From an uncultured Acidobacteriota bacterium (GTDB lineage: Bacteria; Actinomycetota; Acidimicrobiia; Spongiisociales; ZC4RG35): a stretch of 64,000 nt of DNA. The notes beneath the pieces are model-generated. The model had not been told where the DNA came from and searched no databases. It worked only from the letters and a program-made list of their open reading frames with translations. The translations under genes were made by a program, and so were the position numbers. Shown one piece after another: positions 1 through 9,908 of this stretch (position 1 is its first letter; each line of letters begins with the position of its first letter). The stretch is taken from NCBI GenBank assembly GCA_963778755.1, contig CAVZVJ010000002.1, forward strand, positions 118,956 through 182,955, given 5' to 3'.

Positions 1-411
1 GCTGCCGACCGAGTTCATCTCGCTTCCGGGAGGGAGATCCAGGTCGACTCAACCGGTATCGCAAGCGTCGACGGAGACCCGGTGCGCCTGCTCGAGGTGG
101 TGACCAACCTCATCGACAACGCTGCCCGCTACTCCACTCCGGAAACTCCGATTCTTGTCACCATTCGTCCCGAGGAAGGCTCAGTGATCGTGGCCGTGAC
201 CGATCACGGTCCCGGAATGACTCGCGAGGAACAGGACAAACTCTTCAGGCCCTTCACTCGCGGCTCGAGGTCGGGCCCCGGAAGCGGGCTTGGCCTTGCC
301 ATCAGCCGGTCGATAGTCAACGCCCACGGCGGAAGTATCGAGGTGGTTTCCAGTCCTGGAACCGGAACGACGATGTCGGTGAGCATTCCAAGACGGGCAA
401 TCCATGAATGA
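1..411 (+). CDS. Sensor histidine kinase, C-terminal catalytic (HATPase_c) portion, 5'-truncated by window edge; KdpD-kinase-like
   Basis: ORF 82..411 stays open in frame back to nt 1. N-box NLIDNAARY, G1 DHGPGM and G2 GSGLGLAIS are present. The tail FRPFTRGSRSGPGSGLGLAISRSIVNAHGGSI closely parallels the E. coli KdpD C-terminus (FDKFARGNKESAVPGVGLGLAICRAIVDVHGGTI). Confidence 0.75.
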   Translation, partial: AADRVHLASGREIQVDSTGIASVDGDPVRLLEVVTNLIDNAARYSTPETPILVTIRPEEGSVIVAVTDHGPGMTREEQDKLFRPFTRGSRSGPGSGLGLAISRSIVNAHGGSIEVVSSPGTGTTMSVSIPRRAIHE

Positions 412-772
412 GCCACGAAGTGTTCTTGTGGTCGAGGACGATCCGCGGTTTGGCTCGCTCCTCGTCGACGTCCTGTCTGCCGCGGGTCATCATGTCGAGC
501 TTGCCTCAACCAGCGCTGCGGCCATCGCTGCCGTGCAAAATGCGACACCCGACGTGTTGTGTGTCGACATCGACCTCCCGGACGGGACCGGATGGGCTCT
601 CCTGGATGAGCTCGATCGCTTGGCCATCGAGCCTTCGACCGTCGTGGTGACCTCTGCGGGCATGAGTGCCTCAACAATCAGACACCGGCCCGGGGCCTTC
701 ATCCTGCCCAAGCCGTTCCCGATCGACTCTCTGCTCCGTCTGGTCAACGGTGAGCAGCCGCCCGAGATCTAG
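404..772 (+). CDS. Response-regulator receiver (REC) domain-only protein, no output domain
   Basis: 122 aa with VLVVEDD ... DIDLPDGTG ... KPF receiver signatures. It overlaps the upstream kinase stop by 8 nt and has no DNA-binding domain. Confidence 0.75.
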   Translation: MNEPRSVLVVEDDPRFGSLLVDVLSAAGHHVELASTSAAAIAAVQNATPDVLCVDIDLPDGTGWALLDELDRLAIEPSTVVVTSAGMSASTIRHRPGAFILPKPFPIDSLLRLVNGEQPPEI

Positions 773-791
773 TCAAGAAAGCGAACAAGAA

Positions 792-875
792 ATGGACGAT
801 CTGTTGGTTGCGCTCGTGTCCCTGGCCAGTGGACTGGTGTTGTGGGGCCTATATGAAGCCTGTCGGAGGGCCTGA
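792..875 (+). CDS. Hypothetical 27-aa hydrophobic single-helix peptide, KdpF-like (speculative)
   Basis: ATG at 792 follows a purine-rich stretch caagaaagcgaacaagaa. The peptide is MDDLLVALVSLASGLVLWGLYEACRRA. Its stop TGA overlaps the kdpF ATG (TGATG), which suggests translational coupling. Confidence 0.3.
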   Translation: MDDLLVALVSLASGLVLWGLYEACRRA

Positions 876-964
876 TGAGAGCCGGTGAATGGCTGCTGCT
901 CATCGTGAGCCTGCTTACTGCCATCTTTCTGGTGATTGCCCTTTGGAAGCCGGAGAAATTCTGA
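875..964 (+). CDS. kdpF: K+-transporting ATPase small subunit KdpF (29 aa)
   Basis: The peptide MRAGEWLLLIVSLLTAIFLVIALWKPEKF has a single TM helix and the PEKF C-terminus typical of actinobacterial KdpF. Its stop overlaps the kdpA ATG (ATGA at 962-966). Confidence 0.6.
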   Translation: MRAGEWLLLIVSLLTAIFLVIALWKPEKF

Positions 965-2670
965 TGGGAACCGGCTTTTTCCTGCTGGCCTTCTACGTGG
1001 TGGTGGTCACCGCGCTGGCGATCCCACTCGGTCGTTATCTCGCCGCGGTCTATACCGGGACCAACCGCCGCAGCCAGCGTTGGTTCGGGTGGCTCGAAAA
1101 CAGCATCTACCGGGTGCTTCGGGTTGACCCGACCAAAGAACACACCTGGAAGGCCTACGCCGGCGGCCTCCTCGCTTTCAATGCTGTCGGATTCGTCGTC
1201 CTCTACATTCTCTTGCGGACGCAGGGCTCGCTTCCGCTCAACCCTCAAGGTCTTCCTGGCGTTCCGCCGTGGATCGCCTTCAACACCGCGGTGAGTTTTG
1301 TAACCAACACCAACTGGCAGGCCTACGGCGGCGAATCGACGATGTCGTATCTGTCGCAGATGGCTGGGCTCTCGGTCCAAAACTTCGTGTCGGCAGCGGT
1401 CGGGATGGCAGCGGCGGCCGCCCTGATCAGAGGTATTGCCCGACGCAGCACCGATCGGATCGGCAACTTCTGGGTGGATCTGGTGCGGTCCAACCTCTAC
1501 GTCCTGGTGCCGATTGCATTTGTGGTCGGATTGTTCTTCGTCAGCCAGGGGATGGTCCAGACCTTCGATCCGTACGTCGAAGCCACCACGGTCGAGGGCG
1601 CCGATCAGGTGATACCCCTGGGACCTGCCGCCAGCCAGATCGCGATCAAGGACATTGGCACCAACGGCGGCGGCTTCTTCAACGCCAACTCGGCACATCC
1701 GTTCGAGAACCCGACCCCCCTGTCTAACGGGGTCATCATCGTTGCGATGCTCGCCATCTCAGCTGGCTTCGTCTTCGCCTATGGGCGAATGGTGGGCCGA
1801 CCCAAAGAGGGATATGCCATCTACGCCGCGATGACCCTGATCTTCGTCGTGATGACTGTGGGGGCGATCGTCAACGAGACCAATGCTGGGGCGGCCGAAG
1901 GCTCAGGGGCGGATATCACCGCCTCGGCTGATTCTCCGGGCGGGAACATGGAGGGCAAGGAGGTCCGTTTCGGGACGGCCGAGAGCGCGATCTACGCCTC
2001 AGTCACCACCAGCCTCTCCAACGGCTCGGTAAACGCCTCCCACGACTCGTTCACTCCGATGGGCGGTGCCGTCCCGATGGTCAACATCATGCTCGGCGAA
2101 GTGGTCTTCGGGGGAGTTGGTGTCGGGCTCAACGGGATGCTGGTCTTCGTGATCCTCACCGTGTTCATCGCCGGGTTGATGGTTGGCCGCACCCCGGAGT
2201 GGCTGGGCAAGAAGATCGAAGGCGGTGACGTCAAACTCGCTGTCGTGGCCACCATTGCTCCCCAGATGGCGGTCCTGATCCTTGCCGGCATCGCCGCCGG
2301 CACCTCGATCGGTCGAGCCGGTATCTACAACCCAGTTCCCCATGGCTGGTCGGAGATCCTCTATGGATTCACCTCCGGCGCCAACAACAACGGCTCTGCC
2401 TTTGGCGGGCTGGGGTCCGGTCAGACTTTCTACGCGATCACCGTTGGCATTGCGATGATCATTGGGCGGTTCTTCACGCTGATACCTGTCCTCGCATTGG
2501 CGGGCCGCTTGGCCAACCGCAAGGCGAGCGGAAACACCACCGAGGCCACCTTTCGAACCGATGGGCCCCTCTTCGTGGTGCTGCTCCTGGCGATCGTGGT
2601 CATCGTGGGAGCCCTCACCTATCTCCCCGCACTAGCGGTGGGGCCATTTGTGGAGGCCCTGAGCGGATGA
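964..2670 (+). CDS. kdpA: K+-transporting ATPase subunit A (KdpA)
   Basis: About 568 aa of polytopic membrane protein with clear similarity to KdpA, including GFLQ/selectivity-loop-like segments. It sits immediately 5' of kdpB. The start is taken at the ATG at 964 rather than the track's upstream 889, because 964 overlaps the kdpF stop. Confidence 0.9.
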   Translation: MGTGFFLLAFYVVVVTALAIPLGRYLAAVYTGTNRRSQRWFGWLENSIYRVLRVDPTKEHTWKAYAGGLLAFNAVGFVVLYILLRTQGSLPLNPQGLPGVPPWIAFNTAVSFVTNTNWQAYGGESTMSYLSQMAGLSVQNFVSAAVGMAAAAALIRGIARRSTDRIGNFWVDLVRSNLYVLVPIAFVVGLFFVSQGMVQTFDPYVEATTVEGADQVIPLGPAASQIAIKDIGTNGGGFFNANSAHPFENPTPLSNGVIIVAMLAISAGFVFAYGRMVGRPKEGYAIYAAMTLIFVVMTVGAIVNETNAGAAEGSGADITASADSPGGNMEGKEVRFGTAESAIYASVTTSLSNGSVNASHDSFTPMGGAVPMVNIMLGEVVFGGVGVGLNGMLVFVILTVFIAGLMVGRTPEWLGKKIEGGDVKLAVVATIAPQMAVLILAGIAAGTSIGRAGIYNPVPHGWSEILYGFTSGANNNGSAFGGLGSGQTFYAITVGIAMIIGRFFTLIPVLALAGRLANRKASGNTTEATFRTDGPLFVVLLLAIVVIVGALTYLPALAVGPFVEALSG

Positions 2671-2704
2671 GGTTCGAATACTTGAGATTTGGAGCGTTAA
2701 CGCC

Positions 2705-4780
2705 GTGAGCAGTCAGTCCCAATCAGTTCGAAAGGTCCCAGGGCGATCGAGACGCGACCTGAGCACGCCGGGCGTATTCAAAGGAGAGTTGGTTCGCAGC
2801 GCGATCAGGGCCTCTTTCTTGAAGCTGAATCCCGCAAGTCTCTACAAGAACCCTGTCATGTTCACCGTCGAGATCGGGGCGGTGGTCACCACGATCATGG
2901 CGATCGTGCGTGCGATCGATGGAGATTCCGCCACACGAGTGGAATTCTCTCTCTGGATCACAGCGTGGCTCTGGTTCACGGTGCTGTTTGCCAATTTCGC
3001 CGAGGCCTTGGCCGAGGCCAGGGGCAAGGCTCAGGCCGAGAGTCTGCGGGCGACCAGGGCATCGACGTCGGCCCGCCGGGTTGTCAAAGGCGGATTCGAG
3101 ACAGTCGACTCGACTGCGCTTAGGGCAGGAGATCTGGTCCGAATCGAAACCGGGGAGCTCATTCCCAGTGACGGAGAGGTGGTCGAGGGCGTGGCCTTCG
3201 TCAACGAGGCGGCGATCACCGGAGAATCGGCGCCGGTCCTCAAAGAGCCAGGCACCGACATCCACTCCTCGGTCACGGGTGGCACCACCTTGACCTCCGA
3301 CTGGCTGGTGATCCGAATCACGGCCAACCCGGGTGAGACGTTTCTCGATCGAATGATTGCCCTCGTCGAGGGCGCCAATCGTCAGAAGACCCCCAACGAG
3401 ATAGCGCTGTCGCTTCTCCTCACCGGTCTGACACTGGTTTTCCTGGTTGTGTGTGTGGCCCTGTTCCCGGTGACCACTCTGGTGACGCCTGAGAGCCCCG
3501 CCGATCCCGTGGTGTTGGTTGCACTGTTCGTCACCCTGATCCCGACCACCATCGGTGGCCTGTTGTCGGCGATCGGAATCGCCGGGATGGACCGGGTGAC
3601 AAGGTTCAACGTTATGGCCACCTCTGGGAAGGCCGTTGAGGCGGCGGGCGACTGTGACACGTTGCTCCTGGACAAGACGGGGACGATCACTTTTGGCAAC
3701 CGGCTGGCGTCGGCGTTTTGGCCCATAACCGGCGTATCAGAACGGGAGCTCGCTGAAGCGGCCGCCCGCACCTCATACGACGACGAAACACCGGAAGGCC
3801 GCTCAATAGTGGCGCTTGCCAGGGAAAAGGGCGTCATGGGGGAGTCTCTGCCTGGTGACGAGTTCGTCCCGTTCTCGGCTTCGACGCGTCTGTCAGGTGT
3901 CCGCTACTCAGGTGGTGAGACTTGGAAAGGCGCGGGCACCGCGATTCGCAAGCTGGCACCGGATGCGCCTGCAGAGTTGGAAGATCTCGCGGAGCGCGCC
4001 GCTGGGCGCGGAGCCACTCCCTTGTCCGTTGCCGCCAACGGAAGGGCCCTCGGTGTGATCGAGCTTTCCGACACAGTCAAGCCCGGTCTTTCTGAGCGTT
4101 TCAACCAGCTCCGTCGCCTGGGAATCAGGACGGTCATGATCACCGGTGACAATCGCCTCACCGCCTCAGTCATCGCCGAACAGGCAGGAGTCGACGACTT
4201 CCTGGCCGAGGCGACACCTGAGGACAAGTTGGAATTGATCCGAAAGGAGCAGACCGGAGGGCGATTGGTGGCGATGACGGGTGACGGCACCAACGACGCA
4301 CCGGCACTGGCTCAAGCCGATGTTGGGCTCGCCATGAACTCCGGAACCGCCGCGGCGAAGGAAGCAGCCAACATGGTCGATCTGGACTCCGATCCGACCA
4401 AGATCATCGAGGTGGTCCGCATCGGTAAGGAGCTGCTGATGACCCGAGGCGCGGTCACCACATTCTCGATCGCCAATGACGTTGCCAAGTACTTCGCCAT
4501 CATTCCCGCAATGTTCGCCGCAGTGCTGCCTGCGCTCGACTCGCTGAACATCATGAGACTCGGCACACCCGAGTCGGCGATCGTCTCGGCGGTCATCTTC
4601 AACGCCCTGATCATCGTGGCCCTGGTGCCGCTCTCGCTTCGTGGAGTCCGAACCAAGGCCAGAGGTGCAGCCTCGATTCTGTATAGGAATTTGCTCATCT
4701 ATGGAGTAGGCGGGCTGTTGGTTCCATTCGTGGGGATCAAGGCCATCGATGTAGTGCTCAATGGGACGGGGTGGTTCTGA
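2705..4780 (+). CDS. kdpB: K+-transporting P-type ATPase catalytic subunit B (KdpB)
   Basis: 691 aa with the P-type ATPase motifs DKTGTIT, TGDN and [10 protein letters not shown]. The N-terminus aligns to E. coli KdpB (LNP..NPVMF). Confidence 0.95.
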   Translation: MSSQSQSVRKVPGRSRRDLSTPGVFKGELVRSAIRASFLKLNPASLYKNPVMFTVEIGAVVTTIMAIVRAIDGDSATRVEFSLWITAWLWFTVLFANFAEALAEARGKAQAESLRATRASTSARRVVKGGFETVDSTALRAGDLVRIETGELIPSDGEVVEGVAFVNEAAITGESAPVLKEPGTDIHSSVTGGTTLTSDWLVIRITANPGETFLDRMIALVEGANRQKTPNEIALSLLLTGLTLVFLVVCVALFPVTTLVTPESPADPVVLVALFVTLIPTTIGGLLSAIGIAGMDRVTRFNVMATSGKAVEAAGDCDTLLLDKTGTITFGNRLASAFWPITGVSERELAEAAARTSYDDETPEGRSIVALAREKGVMGESLPGDEFVPFSASTRLSGVRYSGGETWKGAGTAIRKLAPDAPAELEDLAERAAGRGATPLSVAANGRALGVIELSDTVKPGLSERFNQLRRLGIRTVMITGDNRLTASVIAEQAGVDDFLAEATPEDKLELIRKEQTGGRLVAMTGDGTNDAPALAQADVGLAMNSGTAAAKEAANMVDLDSDPTKIIEVVRIGKELLMTRGAVTTFSIANDVAKYFAIIPAMFAAVLPALDSLNIMRLGTPESAIVSAVIFNALIIVALVPLSLRGVRTKARGAASILYRNLLIYGVGGLLVPFVGIKAIDVVLNGTGWF

Positions 4781-5337
4781 TGACCCAAGTACTTCGTTCC
4801 TTCGTCGCCATGGCGGTGTTCATATTGCTGCTCGGGTTTGGCTACACGCTGGCTGTGACCGGGGTCGCCAATGTCATATGGCCGAATCAGGCTGGTGGAT
4901 CTCTGATCGAGCGTGACGGCGTGATCATCGGCAGCAAGCTTCTGGCCCAGCCATTTGAGGGGGCCGGTTACTTCTGGCCACGACCTTCGGCTTCGGGCTA
5001 CAACTCCGATCCAGAACTCGATGTGAATACGCGATCACTCTCATATCCATCCAACCTCGGCCCGCGGAATCCGGACCTGGTTGCGTCGATCGCCGACGGG
5101 GTCGCCTTGAACGGCGAAGGAGTTCCGGTCGACCTCGTGACCGGTTCGGGCTCGGCTCTCGATCCCCATATCTCGGTTGCGTCGGCACGCTGGCAAGTTG
5201 CGAGGGTGGCGGCTGCCCGTGGTATCGATGAGGCCGCGGTGATGGCCCTGATCGACGAGCACGTGGAATCATGGATTGGGCGCCGCTATGTGAACGTGCT
5301 CAAGCTCAATCTGGCTCTGGACCAGATACCAGATTGA
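4780..5337 (+). CDS. kdpC: K+-transporting ATPase subunit C (KdpC)
   Basis: N-terminal TM helix followed by a periplasmic domain, in the typical position after kdpB. The start is taken at the ATG overlapping the kdpB stop (TGATGA at 4778-4782); the track's alternative GTG is at 4771. Confidence 0.85.
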   Translation: MTQVLRSFVAMAVFILLLGFGYTLAVTGVANVIWPNQAGGSLIERDGVIIGSKLLAQPFEGAGYFWPRPSASGYNSDPELDVNTRSLSYPSNLGPRNPDLVASIADGVALNGEGVPVDLVTGSGSALDPHISVASARWQVARVAAARGIDEAAVMALIDEHVESWIGRRYVNVLKLNLALDQIPD

Positions 5338-5363
5338 GCACCGACGGGGAGCGCGATCGCAAA

Positions 5364-6485
5364 GTGGCCCGGGCCTTGGCCCGTGCGGCAGGAGACTTAC
5401 CCGACGGCCGTGGCTGGATGACTGTCTACCTCGGCTTCGCTCCCGGTGTTGGCAAGACCTATGCCATGCTCCTGGCCGCCCACCTCCTCCAGAAGGAGGG
5501 CAGGGATGTGGTGGTCGGGTTTGTGGAGACCCATGGTCGAGTCGACACGGCCATCCTTCTCGACGGGCTCGAGGTGGTGCCGCGCAAGGTCGTCGAGTAC
5601 CAGGGGGTATGGGTCGAGGAACTCGACCTCGACGCGATCTTCGCTCGAGCTCCCGAGGTGTGCGTCATCGACGAGCTGGCCCATACCAATGCCCCGGGTA
5701 GCCCTCGTGAGAAGCGCTACGAGGATGTCAATCTGGTTCTCGATGCCGGCATCGACGTCCTGACAACTCTCAACATCCAACACCTGGAGAGTCTCAACGA
5801 CGTCGTCGAATCGATTGCGGGCGTCAAGGTCAGAGAGCGAATTCCAGACGAGGTGCTCGATGCTGCGGATGAGTTCATCCTCGTCGATGTGTCGCCCGAC
5901 GAGTTGATAGAGCGCATGGAGCAAGGAAAGGTCTACCCGTCCGAGTCGGCGCGGCGAGCCCTCGAGCATTTCTTCAGGCCGGGCAACCTCAACGCGCTTC
6001 GCGAACTGGCATTGATGCGGACCGCACGGAGCGTCGAGCGTGAGCTTGGCCAGTACATGTCCGCTCACGGGATCGAGTCACCATGGCGGTCGACAGAAAG
6101 GATCCTGGCCTGTGTCGATGAGACAGACGTAGGTGAGACAGTGGTGCGCCGCGGCTTCCGCCTGGCCAATGCCTCGCGGGGCGAGTTCTTCGTGCTCACG
6201 GTTGGTCTTGATCGGCTCAGCCCGCTCCAAGCCAAACCCATCAAACGGACCCTGGCAGTCGCTCGCGATTTGGGGGCTACGGTTGTATTCCGGGATGGCG
6301 GTGGCCGGGAAGTGGCAACCGAGATCATCGGTGCAGCCAGGGAGCTGAAAGCCACGTTGGTCATAATGGGCCCGTCGCATCGGACCATTTGGGAAAAGCT
6401 TCGTGGAGGCGACATCATCGATCAGGTGGTTTCCGGGCTCGTGGATGTCGACGTCCTCGTGATCGGGCTCGGAGACGATCAGTAA
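5364..6485 (+). CDS. kdpD: KdpD N-terminal sensor-domain protein (KdpD_N P-loop domain + Usp-like domain), lacking the TM and histidine-kinase regions
   Basis: RGWMTVYLGFAPGVGKTYAMLLAAHLLQKEGRDVVVGFVETHGR aligns with E. coli KdpD residues about 20-70 (GACAGVGKTWAML..VVGVVETHGR). NIQHLESLND is conserved. The ORF ends after the Usp-like domain. The start is uncertain: GTG 5364, ATG 5271 or ATG 5418. Confidence 0.8.
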   Translation: MARALARAAGDLPDGRGWMTVYLGFAPGVGKTYAMLLAAHLLQKEGRDVVVGFVETHGRVDTAILLDGLEVVPRKVVEYQGVWVEELDLDAIFARAPEVCVIDELAHTNAPGSPREKRYEDVNLVLDAGIDVLTTLNIQHLESLNDVVESIAGVKVRERIPDEVLDAADEFILVDVSPDELIERMEQGKVYPSESARRALEHFFRPGNLNALRELALMRTARSVERELGQYMSAHGIESPWRSTERILACVDETDVGETVVRRGFRLANASRGEFFVLTVGLDRLSPLQAKPIKRTLAVARDLGATVVFRDGGGREVATEIIGAARELKATLVIMGPSHRTIWEKLRGGDIIDQVVSGLVDVDVLVIGLGDDQ

Positions 6486-6517
6486 CCACGCCGAATTGCT
6501 TGGCAGAATGGCGATTC

Positions 6518-7183
6518 TTGCCGACCATTCTCATCTCTGACGACGACCCTGCGCTGCTCGCCACGGTGTCCATGCTGCTCGAGGCCTCAGGCTACGAAGT
6601 ACACACGGCGAGTTCGGCGACAGAGGCACTCGACCGTTGGCCCAGAGTGCATCCCGACCTGGTGATCGTCGATTTGCACATGCCTGGTGGCGGAATCGAC
6701 CTGGTGACGGCAATCAGCAGTCACACCTCGACCCCGGTGATAGTGCTTTCCGGTGACGTTCAGGAGCAGGTGAAGGTGGCCGCGCTCGATGCCGGAGCCG
6801 ATGACTATGTGACCAAGCCATTCTCGGCGGCGGAGCTGCTGGCACGGGTCAGGGTGGCGTTGCGTCGCACCGAGTCGGGCACCAAATCCATCACGCTTGG
6901 TGAACTGACCCTGTCAGGGGCGGAGTTGACCGCATCCGCGGGAACTGGATCGGTGAAGCTGACTCCGACCGAATTCGATCTGCTCAAGGCAATGGCCCTT
7001 GCCGACAGTTTTGTCGCGACCAATGACCTCCTCAATCAGGTCTGGGGCCCGGCTTACCGGACCGAGCAAGAGTATGTCCGTGTCTACATCCGACGTCTGC
7101 GCGGCAAGCTCGATTCGCTCGGTCTCACCAACGCCATCGAATCACGACCGGGACTGGGCTATCGGCTGGTTGGCAGCAGGTAG
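6518..7183 (+). CDS. kdpE: OmpR-family response regulator KdpE
   Basis: REC domain (ILISDDDP..DLHMPGG..KPF) plus a winged-helix trans_reg_C domain (VYIRRLRGKL..GYRL). It lies directly after the kdpD-N ORF. The TTG start at 6518 was chosen to give MPTILISDDD; TTG 6500 is also possible. Confidence 0.8.
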   Translation: MPTILISDDDPALLATVSMLLEASGYEVHTASSATEALDRWPRVHPDLVIVDLHMPGGGIDLVTAISSHTSTPVIVLSGDVQEQVKVAALDAGADDYVTKPFSAAELLARVRVALRRTESGTKSITLGELTLSGAELTASAGTGSVKLTPTEFDLLKAMALADSFVATNDLLNQVWGPAYRTEQEYVRVYIRRLRGKLDSLGLTNAIESRPGLGYRLVGSR

Positions 7184-7198
7184 CCCTGCTTCGAACAG

Positions 7199-9631
7199 TC
7201 AGTCGGGGCGTTCTGGATCGGGCGTAGGAGGGGTGACGTCGGGATCTGCCGAGGAAGCCTCAACCGGTGACTTCTGGCGCGCCAGACGCCAGTCGGGGTC
7301 GAGATGGAAGGGGACACTGGTCACCGCGATCCCGACCTCGGCGGCAAGGATGCCCTTGATCGTGAGCCCGGTCTGGTTGTGCAGTAGCTGAGTGATCCGT
7401 CCCGGCACGACGAATTCCGGGATCACCGCACAGATGAGAGTCCCGGGGAGCGCCGTGCGGCGTCGCTCTCGGAGGTAGTTGACGAGGGGGTCGACTATCT
7501 CTCGATAGGGGCTCGCCACGATCTCGAGTGGGAATTCGTATCCCGAGAGTTGCCAGTGGTGCTCAACTCGCTCACGCTGCGCGCTGTCGACGTCGATGTG
7601 GATGGCAGTGGTCGGCGTCCCCAATCCCTGGGCATAGGTAAGAGCCTCCCGGATGGGTCGGGTCATATCCGATATCAGCACGACCTGTTCGACGTGGCTG
7701 ATCGACATGCGGGGGAGTCGGCTGCGTCGAGAGCGCTTGAGCACGTTCAGGTCTGTCACGACGATGTGGGGCTCGAACAGGAGACGAGCCTTGATGGCCA
7801 GGCTGTGTGGGTGGGAGAAGGGGCTGAGGATGGATTTTCGGGTGCGGAGTTGTTCTCCGAGCACGACGGTGATCGTGGAATCGGGATGGCTGTTGCGCTC
7901 CCGTCTGACCCGCTCGACGACCCTCCGAGAGATCGATTCGTGCTCTCCCGGGAGGATCTCGAGCGGGAACGTGGGGTGCACCCTGTCCCAGGTGTAGACG
8001 AGATCGTCAGACCCCGCCTCTTCGGCATGAACACAACTGACCGCCTCGACGTTGATGACAGACACGTATTGGATGGCCCTATCAGTTCGCTCGTCTGGAT
8101 GCGCCACAAGCACCATGACACGAGTCGGCCTCGGTCTGGCGTCGACCCGGATGTGCTTCAACTGGGCGGCTACACCCAGGTAGTGGCGGCGGATTGCGGT
8201 CATCAGAGCCACGAGAAGCGGGATGAGCAGGATCACGATCCATGCTCCGTGGGAGAACTTCACTATCGCCACAACGATGAGGACGATCCCGGTGGTAACG
8301 GCCCCAATCCCGTTGATCACCACCGACCATCTCCAACCCTGCTCCTTGGTCTTGAGCCAGTGCTTCACCATTCCTGTCTGACTGAGGGTGAACGACGTGA
8401 ATACGCCAATCACATACAGCTGAATGAGCCGGCTGACCTCGGCCTGGAAGATGAGCAAGAGGATCGACGCAACGAAGGCCAGGGTCACCACCCCGTTTGA
8501 GAAAACGAGTCGATCACCGCGGTTCAGGTATTGGCGGGGCATCAGTCTCGATCGGGCAAGAATCGCCGATAGTCGTGGGAAGTCCTGATAAGCGGTGTTG
8601 GCGGCCAGGATCAAGATGGCGGCGGTGAAGACCTGAAGCAGGTAGAAACCGATCCCGCCTCCGAAAGTGGCCCTCCCAATCTGCGAGATGACAGTCCCGT
8701 ACTCGTCAATCGTGTCCTCGGAGATCCGCACATCGAAGAGTTGAGCAAGTGTCGAGATCCCGAGAAACATGGTGATCGAGATCACGCCCATGATGGCCAG
8801 TGTTCTCGCGGCGTTTTGCGCCTTGGGGGCGCGAAACGCTTGTACTCCGTTGGCGACCGCCTCGACACCAGTGAGGGCGGTGGACCCTGAAGCGAAAGCC
8901 CTGAGTATCAGGAACAGGCCGACCACGCCAAACTCGGCCTCGAGCTCGACCCCCGACGAGACCGCCTTGGGGCAAACTCCATCAAGGCACTTGGCAAAGC
9001 CCAACACGAGCATGATCCCCACCATCACAATGAACAGATAGGTGGGAGCGGCGAAGATCCGTGACGCCTCCCTGACCCCTCTCAGGTTGATAACAGTCAA
9101 AAACACGACAAAGCCGAGAGATAACTCAACACGCCACGAGATGAGACCGGGGGCGGCGGAGGTAATGGCCGCGACACCGGCCGCGACGGAAACCGAGACC
9201 GTGAGGACGTAGTCGGTGAGGAGGGCCGCAGCAGCCACCGCTCCGGTCCTGATTCCGAGGTTCTCGCTGGCGACGATGAAGGCCCCACCACCATCGGGGT
9301 ATGCCCTGATCGTCTGTCGGTATGACACGATGACAATCAACAACAGGGTGGCCACGGCCAACGAAACCGGGGTCAGATAGGCATAGCCGGCCGTTCCGGC
9401 CAGCGCCAAGACCAGCATCGCTTCTTCAGTCGCATAGGCCACGGACGAAAGTGGGTCGGAGGCGAACACGGGAAGGGCGAATCGCTTGGGGAGGAGCTGG
9501 TGGTCTTCCTCACTGGTGGCCAGTGGTCTTCCGAACAGCCTTCGCTTGGTCCAAGAACCGCGAATGGGACGACTACTCACCGTCGCCTCTCTCACGCGGT
9601 TTGTGTCGAATCCTGTGCCCGAAAGGGGCAC
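7199..9631 (-). CDS. APC-superfamily permease (amino acid/polyamine/organocation type) with an about 300-aa cytoplasmic C-terminal extension
   Basis: 810-aa ORF with about 12 predicted TM segments in the first 500 aa, as in APC/amino-acid permeases. The C-terminal domain is hydrophilic. It is convergent with kdpE, separated by 15 bp. Confidence 0.75.
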   Translation of the reverse strand: MPLSGTGFDTNRVREATVSSRPIRGSWTKRRLFGRPLATSEEDHQLLPKRFALPVFASDPLSSVAYATEEAMLVLALAGTAGYAYLTPVSLAVATLLLIVIVSYRQTIRAYPDGGGAFIVASENLGIRTGAVAAAALLTDYVLTVSVSVAAGVAAITSAAPGLISWRVELSLGFVVFLTVINLRGVREASRIFAAPTYLFIVMVGIMLVLGFAKCLDGVCPKAVSSGVELEAEFGVVGLFLILRAFASGSTALTGVEAVANGVQAFRAPKAQNAARTLAIMGVISITMFLGISTLAQLFDVRISEDTIDEYGTVISQIGRATFGGGIGFYLLQVFTAAILILAANTAYQDFPRLSAILARSRLMPRQYLNRGDRLVFSNGVVTLAFVASILLLIFQAEVSRLIQLYVIGVFTSFTLSQTGMVKHWLKTKEQGWRWSVVINGIGAVTTGIVLIVVAIVKFSHGAWIVILLIPLLVALMTAIRRHYLGVAAQLKHIRVDARPRPTRVMVLVAHPDERTDRAIQYVSVINVEAVSCVHAEEAGSDDLVYTWDRVHPTFPLEILPGEHESISRRVVERVRRERNSHPDSTITVVLGEQLRTRKSILSPFSHPHSLAIKARLLFEPHIVVTDLNVLKRSRRSRLPRMSISHVEQVVLISDMTRPIREALTYAQGLGTPTTAIHIDVDSAQRERVEHHWQLSGYEFPLEIVASPYREIVDPLVNYLRERRRTALPGTLICAVIPEFVVPGRITQLLHNQTGLTIKGILAAEVGIAVTSVPFHLDPDWRLARQKSPVEASSADPDVTPPTPDPERPD

Positions 9632-9771
9632 GACAGGCGACCGATACTGTTAGCGGATTGTCCTTGAAGCTGATCTCGGGGTTCCTGGTTGATTGATCTT
9701 GCGTGTCTTACGCGATCCAATTTGATTCTGACGGGCCCATCACCGGATTCACCGAGGGTTGCAGAGGGACA

Positions 9772-9800
9772 TTGACAACGCGCCAAATTATCAGATAGGT
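9772..9800 (+). promoter_or_regulatory. Candidate sigma70-type promoter for the downstream ABC exporter
   Basis: TTGACA at 9772-9777, a 17-nt spacer, then ATAGGT (TANNNT) at 9795-9800. It lies in a lower-GC divergent intergenic region about 110 nt upstream of the ATG at 9909. Confidence 0.35.
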
Positions 9801-9908
9801 GGCTGCTGGGCACGTCGCGTCGTCGAGCCGAGCAAGGTCACCGGTTCGAGAGTTGTGAGTAAATCCTGATTTGGCGCCCTCCAACGTCAGCTACTCTCTC
9901 CCGCCCTC

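Noticed and set aside
773-874. Possible c-di-AMP (ydaO/kimA-type) riboswitch upstream of kdp, as in some Gram-positives
   Set aside because: Only about 100 nt are available and most of it is occupied by the KdpF-like micro-ORF. No long structured leader is present.
769-1698. 309-aa minus-strand ORF antisense to kdpA, plus many similar long antisense or alternative-frame ORFs inside kdpB, the ABC genes, gltB and others (for example 2723..3265, 9891..10838, 16638..17531, 22205..23005, 39786..41519, 54221..55108)
   Set aside because: Typical stop-codon-poor antisense frames of high-GC DNA. Their products are low-complexity and Arg/Pro/Gly-rich with no recognisable domains, and they fully overlap well-supported genes.
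7184-7198. Hairpin terminator between convergent kdpE and the APC permease (GCAGCAGG-tagc-CCTGCTTC)
   Set aside because: The stem has mismatches and the spacer is only 15 bp. Not convincing as a discrete structure.
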